From Bradymonadales bacterium (GTDB taxonomy: Bacteria; Bdellovibrionota; UBA2394): a stretch of DNA of 33,079 bases. Below are positions 9,299 through 19,100 of the stretch, piece by piece. Location of the stretch: positions 1 through 33,079 of the forward strand of contig REDG01000059.1 of the NCBI GenBank assembly GCA_007693605.1, written 5' to 3'. The notes beneath the pieces were generated by a model that was not told the DNA's origin, did no database searches, and worked only from the letters and a program-made list of their open reading frames with translations. The position numbers were made by a program, and so were the translations under genes. Position 1 is the stretch's first letter; every line of letters starts with the position of its first letter.

Positions 9299-11893
9299 AT
9301 GGCCAAGAAAGCAAAGAAAAAAACTAAGTCCACAGGCTCTGGGGGCCGAAAACTGGTGATCGTGGAGTCGCCCACGAAGGCGAAGACCATTCGCAAGTTT
9401 TTGCCCAAAGACTTTATCGTGGAGGCCTGTATTGGCCATATACGAGACCTCCCGGCCTCGGCAAAAGAAATCCCTGCCAAGTACAAAAAGGAAAAGTGGG
9501 CGAGCCTAGGAATCAATGTCGATAAGAATTTTGAGCCCCTTTATGTGGTGCCCAGCAAGAAGCTGAAGGTGGTCAAAGAGTTAAGGGACCAGCTGGCTCG
9601 GGCGGATGAGTTGATTCTTGCGACGGACGAGGATCGTGAAGGAGAAAGCATCTCTTTTCATCTCGTCGAGGTCTTGAAGCCAGATGTGCCGGTGAAGCGG
9701 ATGGTCTTTCACGAAATCACAAGGCCCGCCATTGCAGAAGCTCTTGAAGCTTTTCGAGATATCGATCAGAAGCTGGTGGAGGCTCAAGAAACTCGACGGA
9801 TTCTAGATCGACTGGTGGGTTATTCTCTTTCTCCCTTAATCTGGAAAAAAATTGCCTACGGCTTAAGTGCCGGTCGTGTTCAATCGGTTGCCGTGCGCTT
9901 CATTGCCGAACGAGAAAAGGCCCGACTTCGGTTTAAGAAGGGGGTTTACTGCGGTTTGGTCGCCGAGCTTGAAAAGAATTCAAGCTCCTTTGAAGCGCGG
10001 CTTGTGCGAGTGAAAGACAAGCGGGTCGCTACGGGCAAAGACTTTGACGAGCAAACGGGGCAGATTGCGGAAGGGAAGTCTGTCGTTCTTCTGCAAAAAG
10101 AGGACGCCGAGGCAATTCAGAAGCGGCTAGAGAAAGAAGATTGGACCGTCGATGAGCTTCAAGAAAAGCCACTGACTCGAAAACCCTCGCCTCCTTTTAT
10201 TACTTCGAGTTTGCAGCAAGAGGCGAATCGAAAACTGGGTCTGAGCGCCAGAGAGGCGATGCGTACGGCCCAGAGCCTCTATGAAAAGGGCTTGATCACT
10301 TATATGAGAACAGATTCTGTGAATTTGTCGCAAGAGGCGATTCAGAGCGCGCGGCGGCAGGTCGAGGCGCTTTATGGCAAAGAATATTTAAGCCCAGAGC
10401 CTCGCCAGTTTAAGGGCAAGGCGAAGGGGGCTCAAGAGGCTCACGAGGCGATTCGGCCGTCTGCTGATTTTTTGCTTCCGGACGAAACGAAACTGAAGGG
10501 AACAGAGAAGTCTCTCTATGAATTGATTTGGAAGAGAACCATGGCGACGCAGATGGCCGAGTCGAAGCAGTTAAGTGTTTCGGTAACATTTCGTTTGGCG
10601 GATGAGTTTGAGTTTCAAGCCAGTGGCACCAAAATTGTTTTTCCGGGCTTTATTCGAGCCTATGTTGAAGGTCGAGATGATGTTGACGCCGCTTTAGAAG
10701 AGCGAGAGAGCACGCTTCCCGATTTGAAACTCAAAGAGAAGTTGAAGGCAAAATCATTAGAGGTCACCGAGCACGAGACCAAGCCGCCGGCTCGATTCAC
10801 AGAGGCCAGTTTGGTGCAGACCCTCGAAAAGGAGGGAGTGGGTCGACCCTCGACCTATGCTTCTATTATTTCAACGATCATGGATCGGGGTTATGTGCGA
10901 AAGGCGGGCAACAGTTTGATTCCGACCTTTACGGGCTTTGCCGTTAACAAGCTCTTAGAGAAGCACTTTCCTGAACTCGTCGACAGTCAGTTTACGGCTT
11001 CGATGGAAGAGAGCCTCGATGCGATTGCCGAGGGTCAAGAGAAGCCCTTAAAGTTTTTGTCGGACTTTTTTCTAGACTCGAAGAAGGGCTTAAGAAAACA
11101 GATCGCTGAACAAGAGAAGAAAATCGACCCCGAAGAAGCTCGAAGTTTGAAGTTAGAGAAATTTCCCAAAGTCGACTTTCGAATTGGTCGTTTTGGGCCG
11201 TACTTTTCTTTTTTTGATTCAGAGACCGGAGAAGAATTGAGGGCGTCAATTCCTGAAGAGATTGCACCCGCTGATCTCGATCAAGAAATGTTAGATGACT
11301 TGATTCAACAGAAGAGAGACGGCCCTCCATCTTTAGGAGAAGACCCCGACTCAGGCGAGAAGGTCTATTTAATGACGGGCCGTTATGGTGCGTATTTGCA
11401 GTTGGGCATTCCAGAAGATCCTGAGCAAAAGCCCAAGCGGGCGATGATTCCAAAAACGGTCGATCCTAAAGCTTTGGCTTTGAATGAGGCTTTGGGTTAT
11501 TTGCGACTGCCAAGAGATTTAGGCAAAGACCCCGAGGGTCATCAGATTAAGGCGGGCTTGGGGCGTTTCGGGCCCTTTGTGGTGAAAACGGGTAAAGATT
11601 TAGAGAAGCCAGAGTATCGATCTCTCAAAAAGGAGGATTCGGTTCTCGAGGTAGATTTAGAGCGGGCCATCGCTTTGTTTAAGGAGCCGAAGGGCCGGGG
11701 GCGAAGGCGATCCAGTCCGATCAAGTCTTTGGGAGAGCATCCTCAGGTGAAGAAGCCCATTGAAGTCTACGAGGGGCCTTATGGGCCCTATGTGAAGTGC
11801 GGAAAGTGGAATGCTTCGATTCCCAAAGAGATTTCGCCCTCAGAGATCCCGCTAGAAAAAGCCGTGGAGCTGATTGATGCCCGAAGGGCTTAG
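9299..11893 (+). CDS. topA: DNA topoisomerase I (type IA) with C-terminal GRFGPY-type repeats and no zinc ribbons
   Basis: LVIVESPTKAKTI, ATDEDREGE, SAGRVQS, LITYMRTDS (catalytic Tyr), AQEAHEAIRP; four G(R/P)(F/Y)G(P/A)(Y/F) repeats. ATG at 9299 preferred. Confidence 0.97.
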   Translation: MAKKAKKKTKSTGSGGRKLVIVESPTKAKTIRKFLPKDFIVEACIGHIRDLPASAKEIPAKYKKEKWASLGINVDKNFEPLYVVPSKKLKVVKELRDQLARADELILATDEDREGESISFHLVEVLKPDVPVKRMVFHEITRPAIAEALEAFRDIDQKLVEAQETRRILDRLVGYSLSPLIWKKIAYGLSAGRVQSVAVRFIAEREKARLRFKKGVYCGLVAELEKNSSSFEARLVRVKDKRVATGKDFDEQTGQIAEGKSVVLLQKEDAEAIQKRLEKEDWTVDELQEKPLTRKPSPPFITSSLQQEANRKLGLSAREAMRTAQSLYEKGLITYMRTDSVNLSQEAIQSARRQVEALYGKEYLSPEPRQFKGKAKGAQEAHEAIRPSADFLLPDETKLKGTEKSLYELIWKRTMATQMAESKQLSVSVTFRLADEFEFQASGTKIVFPGFIRAYVEGRDDVDAALEERESTLPDLKLKEKLKAKSLEVTEHETKPPARFTEASLVQTLEKEGVGRPSTYASIISTIMDRGYVRKAGNSLIPTFTGFAVNKLLEKHFPELVDSQFTASMEESLDAIAEGQEKPLKFLSDFFLDSKKGLRKQIAEQEKKIDPEEARSLKLEKFPKVDFRIGRFGPYFSFFDSETGEELRASIPEEIAPADLDQEMLDDLIQQKRDGPPSLGEDPDSGEKVYLMTGRYGAYLQLGIPEDPEQKPKRAMIPKTVDPKALALNEALGYLRLPRDLGKDPEGHQIKAGLGRFGPFVVKTGKDLEKPEYRSLKKEDSVLEVDLERAIALFKEPKGRGRRRSSPIKSLGEHPQVKKPIEVYEGPYGPYVKCGKWNASIPKEISPSEIPLEKAVELIDARRA

Positions 11894-12125
11894 GCATAGG
11901 CCCCATAGGCACTCAAACAGGCTTCAGGCCGCGGGCCTTGGGGGCTGTGATTCGGCTGATTTTGCGAGTTTAGCCTTTTTATCCTTTAATATTGCTGGAT
12001 GTTTCGAGGGCGATGAGGGGGCATTTTTTAGAGTCTCGAATCGAATTGACGATAGCGGCTTGCAGGGGAGTAAAAAGCCTGCTATCGAGTGCTCAGAAAT
12101 TTTGAGCTCTCAGAAGAGACTCCAA

Positions 12126-12143
12126 TTGACAGGATTTGACAGG
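12126..12143 (+). promoter_or_regulatory. Tandem TTGACAGG direct repeat (10-bp period); possible -35 elements or operator
   Basis: TTGACAGG at 12126-12133 and 12136-12143, upstream of the secreted-protein gene. No well-spaced -10 was found. Confidence 0.35.
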
Positions 12144-12286
12144 CTGTGTTGGATGGCGGTGTAAGTTCTAAAAGAAGGGGTTGTTCTGGAGGGCTTTAAA
12201 ATAAGTGATTAGTTTAAAGAGACCAAAAGAATGTTTTTGAGTGAATAGCGATGTGGATTTCAACCAAAATTAAGGGAGTAATGAAT

Positions 12287-13321
12287 ATGAATCAAAGATT
12301 GAAATTGGTGGCCGGTAGCCTATTGGCCTTATTTCTTGGAGCAGAAGTTGTTGAGGCTCAGGGGGTAGCAGCACCGACGGCAAGAATGCAGGCGCCTACG
12401 GCTGCGCGTTCTTCTCAAGGGGTGCAAGTGAATACCCAACGCGCGGCAACACAAGCTGCTAATCTCATGACTCAGAATGTTGGGACGATTGCGAGGAACG
12501 GGGGTGTTCAATTGAGTGCAGGTCAAGTGACGGTTCTGACAGGAGCGGCGGCTGGCCTTCGGTTGGATAGGTTCAATCGAGTGATTGCGGCACAGGGTGC
12601 AAGTTTAACCATCGCCTCGGCGGTTGAGGCCTATGCCAATCTTTTGTTTGCGAGTTATCGTGAGGACCTTGAGATAGTAGAGGTGAGCATGAAGATGGTT
12701 CGAGACATTTTTACCTTGGCGCTTAACGAGGCAACAGCCGAGGGCAACTACGACCAAGCATTTAGAGCGACGATGGCCAGTTTCTTGACAGAGTGCGGTC
12801 TGGGCGCGAAAGCTCTTAACTTCACGCCGGACCTTTCTGGGCTGAGCCCCCAGGTAAGAAGTGGGCTTCTTGCGCAGCGCTTAGCTGCTGAGAACGCGGC
12901 GAAGTTGCTTGATCAGTACTTTAGGCAGCTTGGCATTCCCGTTGGTCAATACGAATTTGTTACTCCCGATGGGCAGGTCCTTTATATTGATTCACATGAA
13001 AGCGCGGTGGCTGCCATAGCTGCTGGTCAGCTGAACTCTCCAAATGCCGAGGCCTTTTTGATTGGCTTGGTATTGCTTTTTGAGTCTAAGGTTCATATTG
13101 TGCGGAATCTTGTGCAGAGTGGTCGTGCGTCGCTAGTGAGTGTAGGTCACTACTCTGAGATTTATGGGGATATAATGGCTGCTTTTGCAAGGGTGCTGAC
13201 GGGGGACCTCAGTTTTGAAGGGCTTAATTTAGAAAGACATTTTGACATCACAGAAGCAAACAGCTTGGTGGCGCAAATTGAGCAGGCCTGTCGAGATGCG
13301 ATGGGAGCTAGACGCTTCTAA
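12287..13321 (+). CDS. Hypothetical secreted protein with internal two-fold repeat
   Basis: GGGAG SD 8 nt before ATG 12287; Sec-type signal MNQRLKLVAGSLLALFLGAEVVEA|Q; followed by an intrinsic terminator. No family recognised. Confidence 0.85.
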   Translation: MNQRLKLVAGSLLALFLGAEVVEAQGVAAPTARMQAPTAARSSQGVQVNTQRAATQAANLMTQNVGTIARNGGVQLSAGQVTVLTGAAAGLRLDRFNRVIAAQGASLTIASAVEAYANLLFASYREDLEIVEVSMKMVRDIFTLALNEATAEGNYDQAFRATMASFLTECGLGAKALNFTPDLSGLSPQVRSGLLAQRLAAENAAKLLDQYFRQLGIPVGQYEFVTPDGQVLYIDSHESAVAAIAAGQLNSPNAEAFLIGLVLLFESKVHIVRNLVQSGRASLVSVGHYSEIYGDIMAAFARVLTGDLSFEGLNLERHFDITEANSLVAQIEQACRDAMGARRF

Positions 13322-13382
13322 GTCACACGGAGCTTTGAGTTAAAGAAAAGTTGATTCTCTTTTTTGGTTAGAGAAATCCAAG

Positions 13383-13424
13383 GGAGGCCCCAAAGTCGCA
13401 GGACTGGGGCCTCCTTGTCGTTTT
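13383..13424 (+). terminator. Rho-independent terminator
   Basis: GGAGGCCCCA(13383-13392)/TGGGGCCTCC(13405-13414) stem with an inner GTC-gcag-GAC hairpin, followed by TTGTCGTTTT. Confidence 0.8.
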
Positions 13425-13505
13425 GGGGGCCTTTTCTTGGGGGGCCTGGGTCTGAAAAGGCTTTAATTTCAGGGCTTTGGCTCGCTTGTGGGGCCTCTTG
13501 GCCTA

Positions 13506-13521
13506 TGGTATGACACTTGCA
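13506..13521 (+). promoter_or_regulatory. Putative sigma54 (-24/-12) promoter
   Basis: TGGTATGACACTTGCA has exact GG-N10-GC spacing and is close to the TGGCACG-N4-TTGC(A/T) consensus; ~85 nt upstream of the AAA gene. Confidence 0.6.
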
Positions 13522-13605
13522 ATTTAAACGAGGGAATCGCCAAGCCCTTGGCTGAGGCCGTTTGTTCGGCTGCGCTGAGGCGGGTCAGATTCTGGGGAAA
13601 CCTTG

Positions 13606-16077
13606 ATGGGAGTTTTTGTCAAAAATTTTTTTCAGCACCAACCGACTCTAAAACTTCTTGGGCTTGTTCCCTTGTTGGCGCTTTTCTGTCTTGCAGACCA
13701 TTCTCCCCTTCAAGCCTTCCCCGGCAATCCCGCAGCCGGAGGGAACGATGGAGGAAGGCAGGCAAATATCTGCCACATTGGGATTAGAGCGGTCGCAGGA
13801 GCGTCACCACTCGCTGGAGCAATGAGAAACCCCAGGGTGGTAGCGGAATCTGCAGAAGGCTCAGGCGCAAAGACAGGAGTCTTTGATCAATTGGCCGAGA
13901 GGCGTGAGCAGTTCCTTCAGGATGTTTTATTCCGTCGGGGGCAGGGTGGTCCGATGCTCTGGAGGCTCGTCGGGCAGGGGCACCTGGTTACAGATAGTTT
14001 TATTGATAGTTTAAATCAGGAGGCAGATTCGGAGCTTGAGTTTGTTCATGTGGCCGTGGGCGAATGGGTCGCCTTATTAGACACTGGGTCAGGGAATACT
14101 GATGTTCTACCAATCGTCGAACAGATTGAGGCTTTGATCGATTGGATGAAACAGTCAGGTAAAGATGGCAAGAGCATCGTGCCTGTGTTTCGGGCTTCTG
14201 ACTTACTTCAAAAAATTCCGAACACAAACTTTCGGCTGGCTGATCTTCTTGTGGCAAAGATCAATGAGTCGGGCCGTGCTCCTCTGGACTTTGTCATCAC
14301 CAGTGACAGTTCTCAAGGGGTCGACTTGTTAGAGCTCAATGATTCCTTGTCCTTTCTGAGAGTGGATGCAAGGCCTAACTTTCCTCTTCCTCAGTTTGAT
14401 CGTCACGGAATGGAAGATCTCTTAGAGTATCAAATTGGGAGTTTTCTGAAGAGCATTGGGCTTAGCTCCGCCTTGATTTCTAAAGATGTCGTGACGGAGA
14501 GCTTGAATCTTGTGAACTCCAGGCATGCCTTGGACGACGCCTATCAACTGCTTCGGGCCTTTATTGCGACAGGATTAGCGGGGCGGGAGCAGCGAGAGCT
14601 GTTGCGTATTCAATTTCAAATCGAGGCCGCACAACACGAGCTGGCGGCTGTGGAATATGCACTCAAGACATCGCCTAGTGATGCGGAGCTTAAGAGAAGG
14701 AAGGGGGATTTTGAAACAGAGCTTAGAAGGCTGAAGACTAAACTAGACTCGGGAGTTTCGAAATCACTGGAGAAGTCAGAGTCGGATGTGAGTGCTGGAA
14801 GGCTTAAGATTCCAAGTCGTTCTGACTTTCGAAAGGCGATTGGGGTGCAAAGTCAACAGCTTGAGGAGGGCCGTCGGCGGGAGCTTGAGGCAGAGCTGGG
14901 GCTGGGCGATGTGAAGGTTTATCGAGCCGAAGATTTAGAGGCGATTGATTGGTTCAAAGATGTGTTTGGCCTTGATTATATAAGAGATGAACTTTTAGAT
15001 CTGTTGGCTATGAATAGGACGGCGTCAGCCTACTCAGATGATCCTAAGGTGCGCGCAACGATTCGTCGATTGCTCTATGGCCTGCCAGGCACTGGAAAGA
15101 CTTTCATTATGAAGGCCTTGGGGCGACTTGTTAATTCCCCCGCAGTTTTTATTGTGGATGGTTCTAGTGTAAAGAACTGGTATACGGGTGGCTCAGAGGC
15201 GAGAATCGCTAAACTGTTTGATCGAATTATTCAGGAGGCCTTGCTTCATCCCGACAGACCAATATTGGTTTACTTTGATGAGATTGATGCCCTAACAGCA
15301 ACTAGAGACTCGACAGCCTTTGGCAATAATGGTCACTCCGTCGATATTCTTACCATGATTCTTCAACGACTCCATGGGGCCCACGGCAAGCTGCCGGCGA
15401 ATGTTCATGTGCTTGCGGGCACTAACCGACCTTGGGCCATTGATCCCGCAGTTCTTCGGCCGGGTCGGATTGGTCAAAAAACTCATATACGCTTGCCCGA
15501 CGCCGAAGCTCGTATGCAGATGCTGCAAGGTCTGGTGCGTGAGGGCTATCTGCCTGAGTCTTTCGATCTTGACATGCTAGTAGAGCATACCGAGGACTGG
15601 TCGGCTGCCTCCATTATGGAAGCTCTAGTTGCGAAGATAAAATTGACTCATCATCGCAAGAATAAAGACATTGCGGCGGACGAGCTTGGACTTTCGGATC
15701 TCGACCTCGTTTTGAGTGAGGATTCTAGTTTACTGCCAAAGATGAGGAAGGCTTTACAGGCTTACCGAGAGCGGGGCGGTGAAGAGATTTTGAGTTTAAC
15801 GAATGAGGAAGTCGAGCTTGTTCTTAACAAGTTGGAGGCTGATGGAATCCGAAGAGAGTCGCCAAAGGATATTGCCGATCTGGAGGCTTTTGAGAGGGAG
15901 GGAAGGCAGCGTCGTAGCCAAGAGGACCGAGAGATAGATCTTCGTGAGTTGTTAGGGACTCAGGCAGAACCCTCTACTTCTCAACAGGTCGGCGCCCCAC
16001 AGGGGGATGGGGACATTGAGACTTGGCTAAACCCAATGTCGCCGCCTCCGGCGACTCCGAACGGCGATGGCGACTAG
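13606..16077 (+). CDS. AAA+ ATPase with N-terminal signal-like segment, degenerate ClpB-like N-half and intact classic-clade AAA domain
   Basis: LLYGLPGTGKT Walker A, KNWYTGGSE pore loop, VYFDEID Walker B, AGTNRPWAIDPAVLRPGR second region of homology. N-terminus KLLGLVPLLALFCLADHSPLQA|F. Start TTG 13603 or ATG 13606. Confidence 0.88.
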   Translation: MGVFVKNFFQHQPTLKLLGLVPLLALFCLADHSPLQAFPGNPAAGGNDGGRQANICHIGIRAVAGASPLAGAMRNPRVVAESAEGSGAKTGVFDQLAERREQFLQDVLFRRGQGGPMLWRLVGQGHLVTDSFIDSLNQEADSELEFVHVAVGEWVALLDTGSGNTDVLPIVEQIEALIDWMKQSGKDGKSIVPVFRASDLLQKIPNTNFRLADLLVAKINESGRAPLDFVITSDSSQGVDLLELNDSLSFLRVDARPNFPLPQFDRHGMEDLLEYQIGSFLKSIGLSSALISKDVVTESLNLVNSRHALDDAYQLLRAFIATGLAGREQRELLRIQFQIEAAQHELAAVEYALKTSPSDAELKRRKGDFETELRRLKTKLDSGVSKSLEKSESDVSAGRLKIPSRSDFRKAIGVQSQQLEEGRRRELEAELGLGDVKVYRAEDLEAIDWFKDVFGLDYIRDELLDLLAMNRTASAYSDDPKVRATIRRLLYGLPGTGKTFIMKALGRLVNSPAVFIVDGSSVKNWYTGGSEARIAKLFDRIIQEALLHPDRPILVYFDEIDALTATRDSTAFGNNGHSVDILTMILQRLHGAHGKLPANVHVLAGTNRPWAIDPAVLRPGRIGQKTHIRLPDAEARMQMLQGLVREGYLPESFDLDMLVEHTEDWSAASIMEALVAKIKLTHHRKNKDIAADELGLSDLDLVLSEDSSLLPKMRKALQAYRERGGEEILSLTNEEVELVLNKLEADGIRRESPKDIADLEAFEREGRQRRSQEDREIDLRELLGTQAEPSTSQQVGAPQGDGDIETWLNPMSPPPATPNGDGD

Positions 16078-16127
16078 GCTGTTCCGACTGAAGAAGAGAG
16101 ATTTTTAAGAAGGCCCAGATAAAAAAA

Positions 16128-19100
16128 ATGAAACGACATTTGTTCACAGTAAATCGAGTTTTGGCCCCGCTCTATGCGGGGCTTAGCCTTGTGTTGTTGG
16201 CCTGTTCATCTGAGCCGCCGGAGCCTACTGCAGAGAAGGCAGAGCCGGTGCTGCAAAAAGAGGAAGAAGATCAGCTCCCTGAAGGCAGCGAAGAGGCTTT
16301 TGATGATTCAGCCTGGGAGGCTGAATTTCAAGCCTATCTGGAGGAGCTTGTTCGCGCGTACAGAGAGAACGATCCAAGATTTGCCGACCCGACTTCGCCT
16401 CATCTATTTGGCATCTGGCGCATGCCCGACCGACTTGCACAGAGCGCAGAGCCTTCTTTGCCAGCCAGAAGTTCGTTTCTTGAACCCAAGAAATTAGACC
16501 GCCATGTCTCGCTGGATCTTCTCTCGGAAGAGACCGAGAAGCTCTACGAGCGCTACCGCCTATTCTATACTCGCTTGAGGCTCGAAGTTCCTTCAGAAGA
16601 TCAAGAACTGATCGAACAAAGAGCCGAGGAAGTCTTCTCCATTCGGAGCAGTCTGATGGAAGTTCCGAAGAATGATGACGGAGATGACCTCTATAGGGTC
16701 GAAGATCTCATTTCCGTTCTTCCCCTGCAGATCGCCGTCATCTTGTCTCACTATGAATCTTGGCATCGCTTTCTAGGGGAGAACACAGACACCCAGTTTT
16801 CAGAGGTCTCTGAAGCTCCCGTCGATGAGGGGTTGCTTCGCTTTGTGAGGGTATCAGGTGTGTCAGACAAGCTTCTGGCGGAGGAACCCCCGACCTACGA
16901 AACCGAAGAAGTGGAAATCGAAAATCTTCGAGATCTGCTTTTCGCGCTGGCTTTCGCTCGACAGGATCTTATTGCCAGCATTTATAATTTGCATTTTTCT
17001 TTCTTTGATCAGCTGAGCCTTTTGATGAGTGCTGAACAGACAAAGGCTTGGTTGGGGGCTCGATCGAAGCCTGTTTCGTTCTCTGAAATGAGAAGCTTTA
17101 GTGCAGCCATGGCCTCTCTGAACCCTCTCTATGTACCCGAAGATGAAACTGAGATTTCGGATTCGCAGAAAGCTCTCTTGTTCCATGACTTTCAGGAGAG
17201 ATTGAGAGGCCGAGAGCTTGCTGAGATCTCTTTGCAAGACCTCATTGTCGAACTCGAAGGCATTGAGCTCGATCCCAAGATTCGAGCGCGTCCGTATCGA
17301 GTAGCGTTTCAGTTTTTTCATTCCCTTCTGAGGAGTCGCGACACCGATCAAAGCCGTCTTTTTTACGGAAGAAGCCCCATGGAGTTGCTGGAGTTTCGAG
17401 CACAGAAAGCTCACCTTCTTGAGAGTTCGAGCGCCGTCTTTCAACCAGAAGACTACTTGGATCATATTTTCAATGACGGCCGTTTTCTTGAGAGACGACG
17501 GCAAGATTCGAGAACTCAAGTGGAATTCGACTTCGAATATCGGGACTGGGGTCATGACGATCTTGGCAATCCCGTCTCTTTTCGGCTTGAGGGCCTTTCG
17601 ATCAACAGATTTTGGAATCCCAGAATGCTCCGTCAAGAGCAGTATCAAGTTTTGGTCGCCAGAGATTTGCAACCCGAAGGGGAGCCGAAAAAGAGAGCCT
17701 TCTCTTTTCAGATGGCCGAGCTTTTGGATTATTCCTTTGAAGATCTTTTAAGGCTGCACTTTATTCGTTCGAAAATCCCCGACTTTGCTTTGTTCGAATC
17801 GAACTGCTTTGAGTTTGTTTGCGAAGAATACGAGTTTATAGACCTTTGGCCGAGCGCCAGGCTTCAAGAGATCGCCAATCAACTACTGGAGTTTGAGAGA
17901 GAGTTTGGCTCTCAATTTGAAGAACCTCTTCAGATTCATTGGCAGAGCCTTGAAGAGTTTAAGAGCTGGAGGTCTAGGCTATTGGGTATGCAATGGAGGG
18001 TGCGTCAGTATGCATCGAATCTTCCCTTCGAAGCACTGGGGCTTGGAAGAGAGGATATAGACGAAAGGCTTTTCTTCCACTTTCGACAAAGTCTTCGATT
18101 GTATGAATATGTAGAGAGACGACATCTCAATGACCCTCGCTTTGAGGGCTTTCCCACCCGACCCTATAGCTTTCGTTCGGTTTCTGAGCTTCATCAAGAT
18201 CTTCAGGCTCTCGTCAACCGATTGCGGGTGGAACATGAAAGGGCTCGTCAAGATCTTGCTGAGGCCTTTGAACGGCGGCTGGCTCCCTACTTTAAAGAAG
18301 AGAAGGCCTTTACCCTCTCAAGTTATCAAGAGGATTTACCCAAGAGGCTTCGAGAGCTTCGACAAGAACGGCTAAAGCTTCAAGATGAACTGCAGAAGGA
18401 GAATCTTGGATCCGCCAAGCGAGAAGCTTTAGAGGCGAGAATTGAAGCCCTGTCAGACGAGAGCCGTATGCTGCTCAACTATAACGAGGTTCTCTCGATC
18501 TATGTGAATGAGTTTAACCGAATCGAAGAGAGCACGAGTACAGCCCTCTCAGTCTGGCCAAGAGGGCTGGATTTGGTTTCGATTCGAGCCCTTGAGTTTA
18601 TCGTCAACAATTTCAGTCCGCAAGAGAATCTCTTCAACGCTATTCCATTCCAGCCTGCTCGCAACTTGATCAATTGGATTCAAGGCTTTCAATTTTCTGA
18701 TCCTACGGACCATCTATTGTGGCTGTATGAGCTAGAGTTTGTGGCTCAAGAACTGAAAATCGAGAAGTTGTTCTTTGAAAAACTAAGCAATCAAAGTTTC
18801 GAGAGTTTCTCAGAGGCCCCAGGAGAGTGGACTGGACGGACAGGTCTGTTTTTGACCCATCCAGATTCGAAGCGCGTGAGAGCCAAGATGCTTCAAAAGC
18901 TAAGAGAGCATTCCATTTTGGCAACCTTTTTTCATGGCGGAGAGCATGACGATCTGAATTTCTACTTTCGAGTTCCGACCAGTATCGATTGGCTTCGACA
19001 GAAAGAAGAGGAAGTAAAGGCTCTGTTTCTTTCTCAAGGCGCCAAACTAGACGACGACCACTGGAAGCTTCTATTGAGCGAGGCGGCTGAATTCGTCATT

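Noticed and set aside
11874..12164. 96-aa ORF after topA
   Set aside because: Overlaps the topA end, has no SD or motif, and lies in a probable promoter region.
13606..16077. Calling the AAA protein FtsH or ClpB
   Set aside because: No HExxH protease domain follows the AAA, and there is no intact D1 or Clp-type D2; neither name fits.
16863..17672. 269-aa antisense ORF, and other short ORFs overlapping the giant gene
   Set aside because: Fully nested antisense to a long ORF, with no motifs; typical shadow ORFs.
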